From Chiloscyllium plagiosum (Eukaryota), in assembly GCF_004010195.1 (NCBI RefSeq), contig NC_057721.1, positions 51,845,414 to 51,909,413 on the forward strand: a DNA stretch of 64,000 bases, written 5' to 3'. Below the pieces are notes generated by a model. The model made no database searches, was not told the DNA's origin, and saw only the letters and a program-made list of their open reading frames with translations. Made by a program: the position numbers and the translations under genes. Below are positions 1-13,090 of the stretch, piece by piece. How positions within the stretch are numbered: position 1 is the stretch's first letter; each line of letters opens with the position of its first letter.

Positions 1-1539
1 TCTGGTTCATTGCAAAGCACTCGGTCCAGAATAGCCTGCTCTCTTGTGGGCTCCATGACAAGCTGTTCCAAAAATCCATCCTGTAAGCATTCCATGAATT
101 CCCTTTCTTTAGATCCACTAACAACATTATTTACCCAGTCCACCTGCATATTGAAGTCTCCCATGATCAATGTAACCTTGCCTTTCTGACATGCCTTCTC
201 TATTTCCCGGTACATGTTGTGTCCCTGGTCCTGACCACTGTTAGGAGGTCTATACACAGCTCCACTTATGTTTTTTTTGCCTTTGTGGTTCCTCAATTCC
301 ACCCACACAGACTCCACATCATCCGACGCTATGTCATTCAATACCATAGATTTAATTTTGTTCTTAACTAACAAGGCAACCCCACCCCCTCTGCCACCTC
401 TCTGTCTTTTCGATAAGTTGTAAAACCATGGAGGTTTAACTGCCAGTCCTGACCCCCCTGTAACCAAGTCTCTGTGATGCCTACTACATCATAATCATTC
501 ACTATTATCTGTGTCATTAGTTCATCGGCTTTGTTATGTATGCTACGTGCATTCTGGTAAAGTGCCTTAATGCTAACTTCCTTATCATTAGAGATTTTGG
601 AAGTCATATGTCCTAAGTTATCCTTGCTTTTTACTGCATTCTCGGTCTGCCTCAATTTTAAATCCGCCTGGAAACATTCTATCCTGCTGCTTATCTTGCC
701 ATTTACCTCCATACTCCCTGTTGCTTTCACTTTCCCTTCCCCCCAACTCAGAAGTTTAAAGTCCTACTGACCATCCTATTTATCCTCTTCGCTAGAATAT
801 TGGTACCTGATCGGTTCAGGTGGAGACCGTCCCAACGGTACAGATCCCCCCTGTTCCATAACTGATGCCCCATGAAGTGGAATCCCTCTTTCCCACACCA
901 ATCCCTTAGCCACGTGTTTACTTGCCTAATTTTCTTGTCCCTATGCCAATTGGCACGTGGCTCGGGCAGTAATCCGGAGATTATGACCCTTGAGGACCTG
1001 TGCTTCAATTTCCTGCCTCGTGCTTCGTAATGCCCAAACAGGTCCTCCACCCTAGTCTTGCCTATGTTGTTGGTACCAACGTGGACCACAACAACTGGAT
1101 CCTCCCCCTCCCGCTCCAATATCCTTTCATGCCGGTCGGAGATGTCTCGCACCCTGGCATCGGGCAGGCAACACACCATGCGAGACTCCCGATCCGGCTT
1201 GCAAAGGATACTATCTGTCCCCCTAATTATAGAATCCCCTATAACCACTACTTGTCTATTAGCTCCCCCCTCTTGAATGGCCTTCTGGACCATGGTGCCT
1301 TGGTCAGTTGGCTCATCCTGTCCAGAGCCCTTTTCCTCATCCGAACAGGGAGCAAGAATCTCGTACCTGTTGGACAATGTCAAGGGCTGAGGCTCCTCCA
1401 CTCCTGAACTCCGGTTCCCCCTACCTGCCTCACTTACAGTCACACTCTTTTGTGCCTGATCACTAGCTGAATGTGAATTACTTAATCTCCCAGGTGTGAC
1501 TGCCTCCTGAAACAAAGCATCCAGGTAACTCTCCCCCTC
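1..1539 (-). mobile_element. CR1-clade LINE 5' part: ORF1 SGNH esterase (748-1515) and start of ORF2 APE endonuclease
   Basis: ORF1 motifs VIGDSIIR, HVGTNN, DGLHLN; ORF2 motifs YQNARSI, GITETWL. Confidence 0.9.
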
Positions 1540-2830
1540 ATTTCATTGTAATTCCCTTTATTCAACTTACACAGTTGGTTCCAACTCAGGTTTCTCACTT
1601 TCAGGCTGAATGTTAAATTACTCATGTTATGAGCACTACTTCTACTCTGATCATTTATCAAACCTTCCTTGTTACCTGTTACCAGATCCAAGCTAGCATG
1701 CTCCCTGATTGGCTCCATCTCACATTTCTCTAGGAATGCGCTTTATGAATTTGTTGTTGCAGCTATTCTTTCCAATGTGACTAACCCAATCAACATGAAA
1801 ATTAAAGTCTCCCATAATTATTGTTTTATTCTTTTTACATGCTCCCAATTATTTGTTAATTTTGTAGTTTTTTCCACAGGGTGGTTAGTGTTTGTGTCTA
1901 TATGTTGGTAGAAGTAATGTTATCTTTTAGTTGTTTTTTAACCTCTCCCCAAATGGACTTTATCATCCAAACCCAGATCATCTGTCACAGTTGTCCTCAT
2001 TTCATCTGTTGTCAGCAGTGCTATGCCATCGCCTTTTCCATCCCTCCTGTCTTATTGAAAGGTTAAATATCCTTGAATGTTAAGTTCCCAGTTTTGATTT
2101 CCTTGTAATCATGTTTCTATAATGACTATGGGACCATTTTCATTACTGAGATTGTTACCTTTTTTAGTTCTGTGTGTGATTTAGCCCTAAGTTCATATTC
2201 CCTCAGCAAAACCTCTTTCCTCTTTCTATCTATATCATTGGTACCTACATGCACCACGACAACTGGATATTTCCTTTCCATTCCCAAGTCCTTCTGCAGC
2301 CCAAGCACCAGGCAGGCAGCACAGCCTTTGGGACTCTCAAACCTGACTACAGAAAAGTGTTATTCCCTTGACTATGTTATCCTGATCACAACTACTTTTT
2401 TCTTTTCTTCCCCCTTCTTGAACAGTTCCCTTTATCATGGTGCTATGGTTAGTTTGCTCATCCTCTTTATAACCTCCACTCTCGTCTGCAGAAGAAGCAA
2501 GAATCACAAACCTGTTAGACAAGTCCAAGGGCTGAGGATCCTTCAGCACTACCTGCTGGAAACTTCTGTCTGCGTCGCTTGCAGTCACATCCTCCTGTTG
2601 CTGAGCACTGACCAAACTTGAGGTGGTCAACCCAAGGCGTTTGACTGCCTCCTGAAACACAATGTCCACATAACTCTTCCCCAAACTGTGTTGCAGTGTT
2701 CGAAGCTCAGGCTCCAGCTCATCAAATCTGAGTCTAGAGTTCCTCAAGCAGGCAATTTCTTTTACAAATGTAATTACTATGAACTACAGTGTGGTCCACT
2801 GCTTCCCACATCATGCAGGTACAATAAATT
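1540..2830 (-). mobile_element. Older decayed CR1 (ORF1 esterase and endonuclease remnants)
   Basis: ORF fragments VVVVHVGTNDI and PQPLDLSNRF, homologous to the ORF1 of the adjacent copy, with frameshifts. Confidence 0.8.
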
Positions 2831-3299
2831 GCTTGGCCTATTTCATTTACTTATTTCTTAATTTATTGTTTTAAAAATTCTTACTGATCTTTTGGTTTGT
2901 AATCTGTGTAGATATTTCTGCCATTTGCACACAATCTGAAAGTAATCTATCCCAGTAGTCAAATTAGCAGCTATTACTAATCAATGAAACAGTTTTTCTG
3001 TGATGTTACTCTTTGATTTGTGCTCTGCCCCCAGTCCTCAGCTTCAGTTCATCCTGTTTGTAAAAAAAAAACCTTGCAAACTGAGCTAATTAAAAAAAAA
3101 AGAAAAAGCACCTTTTGTCCTCTGCACCAAATTTCAATGCTGCCTCCAAAATCCCTGAAGTATTTACTTAGACTATGTTTCACTTGAAATGTGATCTCTC
3201 CTTCCTAACAATGTGAAGCATATATGGCTGAGAAATAGACAGCAAATGCAGCTGGACCCAATACGTGATCTTCCTTGGTGCTGCTAGTGACAGGAAAGG

Positions 3300-4900
3300 C
3301 ATTTGATATACAGACGAGGAGCAGGAGTAGGTCATTCTGTACCTTGGGCCTTTATTTTTGTCATTATCAGATAGTGGCTAATTTAACTGTAATCTCAAAT
3401 TTGCATTTCTACTTACCTCTGATAATTGTTCCCTCTTGCTTACTAAGAATCAATGCACTTCTGCCTTAAAAGTATTCAAAGACTTTGTTTTCAACACCTT
3501 TTTCAGGGAGACTTCTGCCTTCCCTCTATTTTACATGGATAATCCCTTAACAGTGATCCCTACTTCTAGATCCCTTTGTAAGAGAAAATGTTCTTCCCAT
3601 ATTCATCCTGTCAAGACCTTTTGAGCTTTTATATAGTTCAATCAAGTCAAGTCACCTCTAACTCCACTAAACTTGAGTGGATGTAAGGCCAGCCTATTCA
3701 GCCATTTCTTATGGATCAACCTGTTTATTCCATGTATTGACAAACCTTCTTTGAACTGTTTCCCATGCAGTTACTTCCTTAAATAATGTGACCAATACTG
3801 CACACTACTTCAGATGTGGTTGCACTAATACCCAGTATAACTGAAGTATAACCTGCTTCATTTTGTTCTCCTAGTAATAAATGATAACGTTCCATTATCT
3901 ATCTTAATGCTTGCTGTGCCTTCTTACCAGCCCCTTGTAATTTATGCACTAGGGCACCCAGATTCTTCTGTACAGGAAATTGGTTAAGCCACTGTTCGAA
4001 CATTGCGTGCAATTCTGATCTCCTTGCTATCAGAAAGATGTTGTGAAACTTGAAAGGGTTCAGAAAAGACTTACAAGGATGTTGCCAGGGTTGGAGGATC
4101 TGAGCTACAGGGAGAGGCTGAACAGGTTGGGGCTGTTTTCCCTGGAGCATCGGAGGCTGAGGGGTGACCGTATAGAGGTTTACAAAATTATGAGGGGTAT
4201 GGATAGGATAAATAGACAAAGTCTTTTCCCTGGGGTCGGGGAGTCCAGAACTAGAGGGCATAGGTTTAGGGTGAGAGGGGAAATATATAAAAGAGACCTA
4301 AGGGGCAACTTTTTCACGGAGAGGGTGGTACGTATATGGAATGAGCTGCCAGAGGATGTGGTGGAGGCTGGTACAATTGCAACATTTAAGAGGCATTTGG
4401 ATGGATATATGAATAGGAAGGGTTTGGAGGGATATGGGCCAGGTGCTGGCAGGTGGGACTAGATTGGGTTGGGATGTCTGGTCGGCATGGATGGGTTGGA
4501 CTGAAGGGACTGTTTCCATGCTGTACATCTCTATGACATTGCGATTAGATGTTTATTTTTGCTGCCAAAATGGAAAATTGCACATTTTTCCTCCATTCTA
4601 CTCCATTTGCCATATTTTTGCCCACTCACTTGATTCTATCTCTAACTTTTATTAGCTACTTTATGTTCTCTTCATGATTTCCTTTTCTATCTTTTGTCAT
4701 CAGCAAATTTGACAACTACACAAGTGACTTGAGAGATGGAGGCAAAAATACCAGTTATTATATCCTCTCAACCTGCAGAAGCCATTATGATTCCTGTCCT
4801 GTTAGCTGAACCATCTTCTGTGTCAATATGTTACCCCATATACCATGAGTTTTTACTTTGTTCAATAACCTTTGGATGTGGCACTTTGAGTCAACTATTT
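3300..4900. mobile_element. Decayed - strand CR1 3' region with a younger + strand CR1 3' end (about 3985-4545) nested in it
   Basis: ORF 4043-4462 LERVQKRLTRMLPGL...FSLEHRRLRGD...TRGH...FFTERVVRIWNELP is the CR1 RT C-terminus. The flanks carry reverse-strand CR1 sequence. Confidence 0.85.
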
Positions 4901-5429
4901 TCTTCCCAATGTTCCCTAACCCTTGACCCCCTTAGGCTTTAAGGGCCAGGTCACAACAGTATTTCAGAAGCTGTAAATTAGAAGTTAAAAGACTGCTTGA
5001 AATATTCAGATCTGAAAGCATCTGTGGAGAGGAAAAGTGAGTTAATATTTCAGGTTGCTGGCATTTTGTCAACTGGAAGGTGGCTGTGGTTGGTTGGGCT
5101 CAGGAGCCTAAATAGAATCAAAATTTTGCTTTGTCTTTTAATGCACAAAAAATGTATTTTAGTTCAGAAGTATGCACTGTGTTGCAAAATGCAATGGATG
5201 TTTAATGAATCCTGCAGTGTAATCATTCACAGTACCATCTATTGAACTAAGTTGAGGTGTGGGAAGAGCTTTAGGATTTTATGGCTTTTGTGGTTTAACT
5301 GAAATAAATTATTTGGGTGCTTAAGTGCCAATAATAAATGATCTTAAAATAGAATGCAAAAGCTGTTACAAGATGAGTAACATCAAATTTAATTTCTTCC
5401 CCAGTAAATTTTGATTTTAAGTTTAAAAC

Positions 5430-7027
5430 TGTTGTAAGAGTAGGCAAAAGTAAACATTGGGCCACTTCAAACTGATGCTGAAAGCCTAATGATGGGAGAT
5501 AAGGAAATAGCTGGAGAACTTAATAAATACTTTGCGTCAGTCTTCACAGTGGAAGACATGAGTAATATCCCAACAATTAAAGAGAGTCAGGGGGCTGAGT
5601 TGAGTATGGTTGCCATTACAAAAGAGAAAGTGCTAGAAAAGTTAAAAGGTCTTAAAATTGATAAATCTCCTGGCCCCGATGTGCTACATCCTAGAGTTCT
5701 GAGGGAGGTAGCTGAGGAAATAGCGGAGGCATTGGTTGAGATCTTTCAAAAGTCACTGGAGTCAGGGAAAGTCCCGGATGATTGGAAGATCGCTGTTGTA
5801 ACCCCATTGTTCAAGAAAGGATCAANNNNNNNNNNNNNNNNNNNNNNNNNNNNNNNNNNNNNNNNNNNNNNNNNNNNNNNNNNNNNNNNNNNNNNNNNNN
5901 NNNNNNNNNNNNNNNNNNNNNNNNNNNNNNNNNNNNNNNNNNNNNNNNNNNNNNNNNNNNNNNNNNNNNNNNNNNNNNNNNNNNNNNNNNNNNNNNNNNN
6001 NNNNNNNNNNNNNNNNNNNNNNNNNNNNNNNNNNNNNNNNNNNNNNNNNNNNNNNNNNNNNNNNNNNNNNNNNNNNNNNNNNNNNNNNNNNNNNNNNNNN
6101 NNNNNNNNNNNNNNNNNNNNNNNNNNNNNNNNNNNNNNNNNNNNNNNNNNNNNNNGCAGAAGGATCTAGACAGTTTGGGAGAGTGGTCTAGGAAATGGCT
6201 GATGGAATTCAATGTGGGCAAATGCGAGGTCTTGCACTTTGGGAAAAAGAATAGAAGCATGGATTACTTTCTAAACGGTGAGAAAATTCATAAAGCCAAA
6301 GTACAAAGGGATCTGGGAGTGCTAGTCGAGGATTCTCTAAAGGTAAACCTGCAGGTTGAGTCCGTGATTAAGAAAGCGAATGCTATGTTGTCATTTATCT
6401 CAAGAGGGTTGGAATATAAAAGCACCGTTGTGCTACTGAGACTTTATAAAGCTCTGGTTAGGCTCCATTAGGAGTACTGTGTCCAGTTTTGGTCCCCACA
6501 CCTCAGGAAGGACATACTGACACTGGAGCATGTCCAGCGGAGATTCACACAGATGATCCCTGGAATGGTAGATCTAACATACGAGGAAGGGCTGAGGATC
6601 CTGGGATTGTATTCATTGAAGTTTAGAAGATTAAGGGGAGATCTAATAGAAACTTACAAGATAATACATGGCTTGGAAAGGGTGGACGCTAGGAAATTGT
6701 TTCTGTTAGGCAAGGAGACTAGGACCCGTGGACACAGCCTTAGAATTAGAGGGGGTAAATTCAGAACAGAAATGCAGAGACATTTCTTCAGCCAGAGAGT
6801 GGTGGGCCTGTGGAATTCATTGCCGCGGAGTGCAGTGATGGCCGGGACGCTAAATGTCTTCAAGGCAGAGATTGATTAAATTCTTGATGTCACAAGGAAT
6901 TAAGGGCTACGGGGAGAATGCGGGTAAGTGGAGTTGAAATGCCCATCAGCCATGATTGAATGGTGCAGTGGACTCGATGGGCCAAATGGCCTTACTTCCA
7001 CTCACTCCTATGTCTTATGGTCTTAAG
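5430..7027 (+). mobile_element. 5'-truncated CR1 LINE (RT region, spans an assembly gap)
   Basis: KSPGPDVLHPRVL, VPDDWKIAVVTPLFKKG, FNVGKC, RDLGV, TRGH motifs, then a 3' tail. Confidence 0.9.
5826..6155. other. Assembly gap (others at 41108-41135 and 59661-59806)
   Basis: Runs of N, all inside retroelements. Confidence 1.
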
Positions 7028-7189
7028 ATTTTGAGTGTTGAAACTTTTATGTCGCAAATCCTATAAATTTTGTAACTGCTATAAAAATGTAAAATTTCTT
7101 ATACTCCAGTAGAATGAGAGTGTATGCTGTCCTGAATATAGTAAAGAGTGAGAATACATTTTGCATTCATGCTGCTTTGTTCTTTTTAG

Positions 7190-7370
7190 GCTTGGAGAAA
7201 GCATTGCTGCGAATAATGCTTATAAACAGCAGAACACTGACCATGTAATGAAAAAAGTTCCAGTCCATCAGCATTCAGCAAGCTTTGTCAGATCAAAATG
7301 TTCAAGTACAACCAATGTTGCCAGATCTAATATCCATGAGTTAATTGATAAATTGCAATTAGGAGTGGAG
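7190..7370 (+). CDS. CIP2A: CIP2A internal coding exon (first one visible in the window)
   Basis: tttttag| acceptor, |gtttgt donor. Encodes LGESIAANNAYKQQNTDH...NIHELIDKLQLGVE, which matches human CIP2A LGESIAANNAYRQQETEH...NIEELIEKLQSG as I recall it. 181 bp, phase 2 to 0. Confidence 0.95.
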
Positions 7371-7699
7371 GTTTGTATTGCATGTTCATTGGATATATAA
7401 CGTATTTGTCAATGTTATCATTTACCTTTTAATATTGTGCTGAAATCTAGTTGATGCTAACTCTTTATTAGAGGGTGTTGGAAATGCTGTTGAGCCACGA
7501 TGTATCTCATGTAATCTTTCTGTTTAGTCATGGGATATGGATATCACTGCAAGATCAGCATTTATTACTTGCTCGTAAATGTTCTTGAGAAGAAGTGAGT
7601 AACTACCATCTTGAACTGATGCACCTATGTGGAAATAGGAAAGGAACGCCATGATTTTGACCCTCTGATCAAGAAAGAACATTGATATCTTTCTGGGTC

Positions 7700-8825
7700 A
7701 GTAGACAATAGACGCAGGAGTAGGCCATTCAGCCCTTCAAGCCTGCAACGCCATTCAATATAATCATGGCTGATCATTCCTAATCAGTATCCTGTTCCTG
7801 CCTTATCTCCATAACCCTTGATTCCACTATCTTTGAGAGCTCTATCCAACTCCTTCTTAAATGAATCCAGAGTGTGGGCCTCCACTGCCCCCTGTGGCAG
7901 AGCATTCCACACAGCCACCACTCTCTGGGTGAAGAAGTTTCTCCACATCACCGTCCTAAATGGTCTACCCCGTATTTTTAAGCTATTTGCATTCATTGGT
8001 CAGAACATTGAGTATAGGAGTTGGGATGTCACATTGTGGCAATGCAGGGACATTGGTGTGACCTCTTTTAGAATACTGTGTACAATTCTGGTTGCACTTC
8101 TATAGGAAAGATGTTGTTAAACTTGAGAGGGTGCAGAAAAGACTCACAAGGATATTGCCAGGACTGGAGGGTTTGAGTTGCGGGGAGAGGCTGAATAGGC
8201 TTGGGCTTTTTACCCTGGAACATTAGAGGCTGAAGGGTCATGAGGGGCACAGATACAGCGAATAGCAAAAGTTTTTTTCCGAGGGTGAGGGAGTCCAAAA
8301 CTACATGGCATAGATTTACAGTGAAAGAGGAAAGAATTAACAAGGACATGAGAGGTAACTTTTCACACAGGAAGTGGTGTGCGTATGGACCGAGCTGCCA
8401 GAGTAAGTGGTCAAGGTGGGTACAATTACAGCATTTAAAAGGCACCTGGATGGATATTTGAATAGGAAGGGTTTAGAGAGATATGGGCCAAATGCTGGCA
8501 AATGGGACTTGATCAGATTGGGGTGTTTGGTTAGTATGACTCAGACTTCACTGCAGTACCGAGGAGAGCTCAACAGTAAAATGAAACTCTAAGAAGAAAA
8601 AAACTTGTCCTCATCTTAGTTAATTTTAAATTGTCCCTAATTCTAGTCATCCCCACAATGGGAAATTTCCCTTCAACATCCACCTTGTCAATCTCTCTCA
8701 GAATCTTAGAAATCTCATTAAGATCATCTCTCATTCTTCAAAACTCAAAAGAATGCACATCTGATCTAGCCAACTTTTGCTCATCTTAGAACTCAGGCAA
8801 TAAACCTTTTCTGAACTGCTTCTAT
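7700..8825. mobile_element. Cluster of CR1 3'-end fragments (- 7704-7983, + 7984-8540, - 8590-8825)
   Basis: FFTQRVVAVWNALP-type translations on both strands. Confidence 0.8.
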
Positions 8826-8829
8826 TATA

Positions 8830-8962
8830 ATTCCTGATGAAGGGCTTATTCCTGAAATGTTGACTCTCCTGCTCCTTGGATGCTGCCTGACCTGCTGTGC
8901 TTTTCCAGTGCCATACTGTTCGAGTCGGAACTCCAGCATTTGCAGTCCTCACTGTCTCTCTA
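8830..8962 (+). mobile_element. Short PLE (Neptune-type) terminal fragment beginning at a hammerhead-like motif
   Basis: ttcCTGATGAagggcttattcctGAAAtgttga...gatgctgcctgacctgctgtgcttttccag...gcagtcctcact, same family as 49075-49291. Confidence 0.75.
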
Positions 8963-8974
8963 ATACAATAATGT

Positions 8975-9391
8975 TCTTTTTTGGCCCCGGGGACTTATCA
9001 ACCTTCAGACCTAACAGCTTCTCCAACACCAAATCCTGGCAAATATAGATTCCCTTAAGTTCAGGTCCTTCAGCCACTGTTACCTCAGGGGGATTGCTTG
9101 TGTCTTCCCAAGTGAACACAGGTCTGAAGTACCCATTTAATTCCTCTGCCATTTCTTTGTTCCTAGTAATATATTCCCCTGTTTCTGTCTTCAAGGGCCC
9201 AATTTTTGTCCTAACCATTTTTTTGCCTTGCACATACCTAAAAAAGCTTTTACTATCCTCCTTAATATTCTTGGCCCGTTTACCTTCGTACCTCATTTTT
9301 CCTCTGTGTATTTCTTTCTTAGTAATCCTCTGTTGCTCTTTAAAAGCTTCCCAGTCCTCAGTTTTCCCACTTATCTTAGCTATGTTATACT
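8975..9391 (-). mobile_element. CR1 ORF2 internal fragment
   Basis: ORF 8949-9296: KSFFRYV...IGPLK...MAEELNGYF...KVDKSPGP. Confidence 0.85.
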
Positions 9392-9392
9392 T

Positions 9393-10098
9393 AATTAATT
9401 GTTGATCTTTGTGTGGTCATTCAGTTGAATAACAGGTGAATGGTGGAGTAAATGATGAGTTGTGACGTGGCATAGTGTTCTTGTATATCTGCTGTCTTTG
9501 CCCTTCAAGTTGGTAGAGGTTGCCAGATGGGCAGGTGCTGTTAGAAAAAAAGTACGCAACAGTGTATTTTGTAAATGATATCTTGTAAATAGAGCCATGT
9601 TGCGTGATGGTGGAGTAAATATTCAAAATGATGTTGGGATGTTAGTCAAGTGGGCTGCTTTATCCTAGATGGAGCCTCTTGAGTGTCAGAATTGTGTGGA
9701 AAAATTGAAAATGTTTTAATAGTGTTTCTTGAATTGTATATACAGTAAACCTTTTATTAACTGGCACCTATGGGAGCAGGAGTGATCCAATTGATCATAT
9801 ATTCCAGATAATCAATACATTCACATAACCACTAAAATCACACTAAATAATAAAAACATAATACAAGGTGTATACACTTTACTGTTATACTTTATTTACA
9901 GTATAGATCACAAATTTAAAGCAAAGCTGCATTATTATAAAACCTATCGGCAGAGGGCCTTCTTATTTACACCCTCAACTGATTTACTCTGATATCATGG
10001 CAGCTCACATATTTGAGGAGATATTGACTCGAAATCGAATTAATTGTTGATCTTTGTGTGGTCATTCAATTGAATAACAGGTGAATGGTGGAGTAAAT
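9393..10098 (+). repeat. 61-bp direct repeat (9393-9453 and 10038-10098), one mismatch
   Basis: aattaattgttgatctttgtgtggtcattca(g/a)ttgaataacaggtgaatggtggagtaaat. Confidence 0.9.
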
Positions 10099-10224
10099 AA
10101 ATATAAAAGAACTATCATAATTGGACAAATTAATACAATAAACTTCATGGTATCTGAGGTGCAGAATTTTGCCAGTTTATCAAATGTGCCTTTAATAAGG
10201 TGCTAGTTAAAGCAAAGTTTGTTG
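9743..10224. mobile_element. Tigger/pogo-like non-autonomous DNA transposon (MITE)
   Basis: TA|CAGTAAACCTTTTATTAACTGGCACC ... GGTGCTAGTTAAAGCAAAGTTTGTTG|TA, i.e. degenerate ~26 bp TIRs with a TA target duplication. Confidence 0.7.
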
Positions 10225-10505
10225 TATTGAAAACTGGCTCAAAGCATAAGTACTAAACTTATCTGCCATGTGGTTATAATGTAATACCAAAAACAGAAAT
10301 TGTTGGTGAAACTCAGCAACATCTGATTGACAAACCAGAGATAAAGTTTCAAGTCTGGTCACTCTTCATCAGAACTCTCTTATAATTTAAGTTTTGTTGT
10401 CAGTTGTTTTATGTAAACTATGAATATTTATAAACTGGTTTGGTTTTTTAATGGCTAAGCCAAAAATCCTGAAATAATTTGTGTTTTTTATTTGGCTGAA
10501 TAAAG

Positions 10506-10580
10506 GTGAAGGAACAAGTTAAGGATGTGAGACTGTCAGATGTGATGGATGTGTATGAACAGAAACTTTCATCTCTCGCT
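10506..10580 (+). CDS. CIP2A: CIP2A coding exon
   Basis: taaag| ... |gtaagt. VKEQVKDVRLSDVMDVYEQKLSSLA (human [25 protein letters not shown]). 75 bp, phase 0-0. Confidence 0.95.
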
Positions 10581-11918
10581 GTAAGTAACAATTAAAAGTT
10601 GGTAATTCTACATGCTACATGTTACAGAAACAGAAATCATGTATTGCACAATGAGGCCTTATTTTAAAAGTTAGAAAATAACTTCTAAAGATCTGAGGAT
10701 ATTTTAAAACTTTCTCTCATTTGTGCAGTTTCTTTTGCAGGATGTTTTCTGACAACAGAAATCCAGATTGTGAAGGGATTGTTGAATTGTTCTTTAGTTT
10801 GATGCAGCAATTACACTGTAGTAGCAGATAACATTAGCGGCTTTTTTTAGCACTTCAAGACTGAAGTAGTGTCCTTTTATTGTATAATGTAACATTTTTG
10901 AAATCAGCCTAATAATCTATCATCACTCAAATACTAAGGCCCACAAAGCAAGTGTATTGCCAGAGAATTAAGAACCAACGGCAGATGAAAAAATAAATAA
11001 TTTAAGTGAGTTAAAAACAAATTATAGTGGAATTAATTGTTAATAAATATAAAGACTAATAAGACCTACTGGTATATAAAAAGAAAGTAGTTAAGTGTGG
11101 GTCTCTTGCAGGATGCAACTGAGGAAATGATAATGGGGATCACAGAAATGGCAACTTACTTAAACCAATATTTACATTAATCTTCATGGTTTAGGGCACT
11201 ATAACACCCCAAAAGTAACAGATAAACAAGGTGCTAATGGGACAATAGACCTTCCAACAGTTTCTCATAAGCAGGTGGGAGTTGAACAAAGGCCTTCTGA
11301 TCCAGAGATATGGGCACTACTACTGCCACAAGAACCCTTTTTTCTGTTACTTTTATTCCCTTTATCCTCCTCCACTAAATCATCTGTGTTTTTGAATCAG
11401 TTATCAATTTACACTCAAAGCCCATTGGGGCAGTGCAATGACAACAAATGCACTTAGACATGTATATTTTCAGTTGATATTTTTAAAATGTGACAGTAAA
11501 TACGTTTAAAAATTTATTCTAAATGTCTACTACTGTCAGTGGAAATGGATGGTGAACCTCAATTAAATCTATCCCACCCAACCTGCCCTTCCAGTCAGCC
11601 AATTAAGCTTAAAAGGTCTCTACAAAACATAAAATTTACAGTTGCCGCAGCAAAAAACTGGGAATATGAAGGATTATGCTGATTAAAAAAGGCTGAAAGG
11701 TTATAAATTTAGAACATTAATTGGAGGTAAACTTCATAAGAATGCTTTTGGTTGAAAATAAGGTACTAGTGCAGTCTAGCTAAGGGTAGAGAAGAAACAT
11801 TCGGGGGAAAAAATTACTTTCTGTTATTGAGCAACATTGATGAAACAGCTTGGCTTGAGCTATTTACAGTTCAACAACCAACTTAAATCAGTTGGCTGAA
11901 TGGTTAAATAGATAATGA

Positions 11919-12248
11919 GGTCAGCACGGTGGCTCAGTGTTAGCAATGCTGTCTCTCCGTTCCAGGGACTCTAGTTCGATTCCAACCTCAGGTGATTGTG
12001 TGGCGTTTGCACGTTTTCCCAGTGTCTGCGTGGGTTTCCTTTAGGTGCTCTGGTTTCCTCCCACAGTCCAAATATGTGAGGTTAGGTGAATAGGCCATGT
12101 TAAATTGCCCATAGTGTAGGTTAGGTGCATTAGTCAGTGGTAGATATAGAGTAGGGGAATAGGTCTAGGTGGTTTAATCTTCAGAGGGTCGGTGTGGACT
12201 TGTTGGGCCGAATAGCATGTTTCCACATTGTAGGGATTCTAATTCTAA
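11919..12248 (+). mobile_element. HE1-type tRNA-derived SINE
   Basis: A box TGGCTCAGTG, B box GTTCGATTCC, central gggtttcctc...ggtttcctcccacagtccaaa domain, CR1-like tail ending in ATTCTA repeats. Confidence 0.85.
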
Positions 12249-12979
12249 TATTAGTCAATCCACTTCACACAAGCCCAAAATTGTGAGGTTTTTCCACCAT
12301 TATGTAATATCTCAATTTGTTTTTTCTGGTTTATGGGTGAAATGGCTCAAAATGTATCTATTTTTGAAGTGAGACCGCTTCTTTCCTATTTGAAACTGAC
12401 AGTTGAAAGATATGAAATAGCAGGGAAGCAATTTCCTTTTTTCATTTTCCTGAAAAGGTCTTTGTTCAATTCCCTCCTGCTTATGAGACTGTTAGAAGGT
12501 CTATTCTCCCATTAGCAACTTGATAATCTGTTACTTTTGGGGTGTTATAGTACCCTAAACCATGAAGAATGATCTAATTATAGGTTTAAATAAGTTGCCA
12601 TTTTTTTATTCCCCATTATAGTGCAACATACTTATTTTGGGGGATAATTTTGGTCATGGTTGCCCACAGTTTATCTGTAATTTATTTCTTTTCTTTTGTG
12701 TTGCTTGCATGTGGAGATTGGAGGATGCATCAAAGGCCACTTGTGTCTCCTGTTTCTATAACATTACAAAGTGATAACGTTCATGTCGAAGTGGCTGTCC
12801 CATTATTTATTCATTTGCATTTCTCTCTTCACTGTAATTGGGCATGTCAACAGAGTGCATATATGCATTTGATTTACAGATTTTAGAACACTGCAGACTT
12901 TGTTAATATTGAAACACATTTCAGGAAAAAAAATGTTTAGCATGAATATAATTTAAGATCAAGCTTTTATTTTGCTTAG

Positions 12980-13090
12980 TCCAAAGAAAACCGTTTACAG
13001 GACTTATTGGAAGCCAAGGCATTGGCCCTAGCACAGGCGGATCGTTTGATCGCCCAGTACCGCTGTCAGAGAGCCCATGCAGAAGCCGAG
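12980..13090 (+). CDS. CIP2A: CIP2A coding exon
   Basis: ttgcttag| ... |gtattt. [37 protein letters not shown], nearly identical to human. 111 bp. Confidence 0.97.

Noticed and set aside
748-1515. 255-aa SGNH/GDSL esterase ORF as a host gene
   Set aside because: Intronless and directly followed by a LINE endonuclease; it is CR1 ORF1.
5489-6471. Long ORFs of more than 200 aa
   Set aside because: Inflated by the N gap; they are CR1 RT fragments.
1-7189. Further upstream CIP2A exons
   Set aside because: No segment translating to the preceding CIP2A sequence was recognised; that exon probably lies left of the window.
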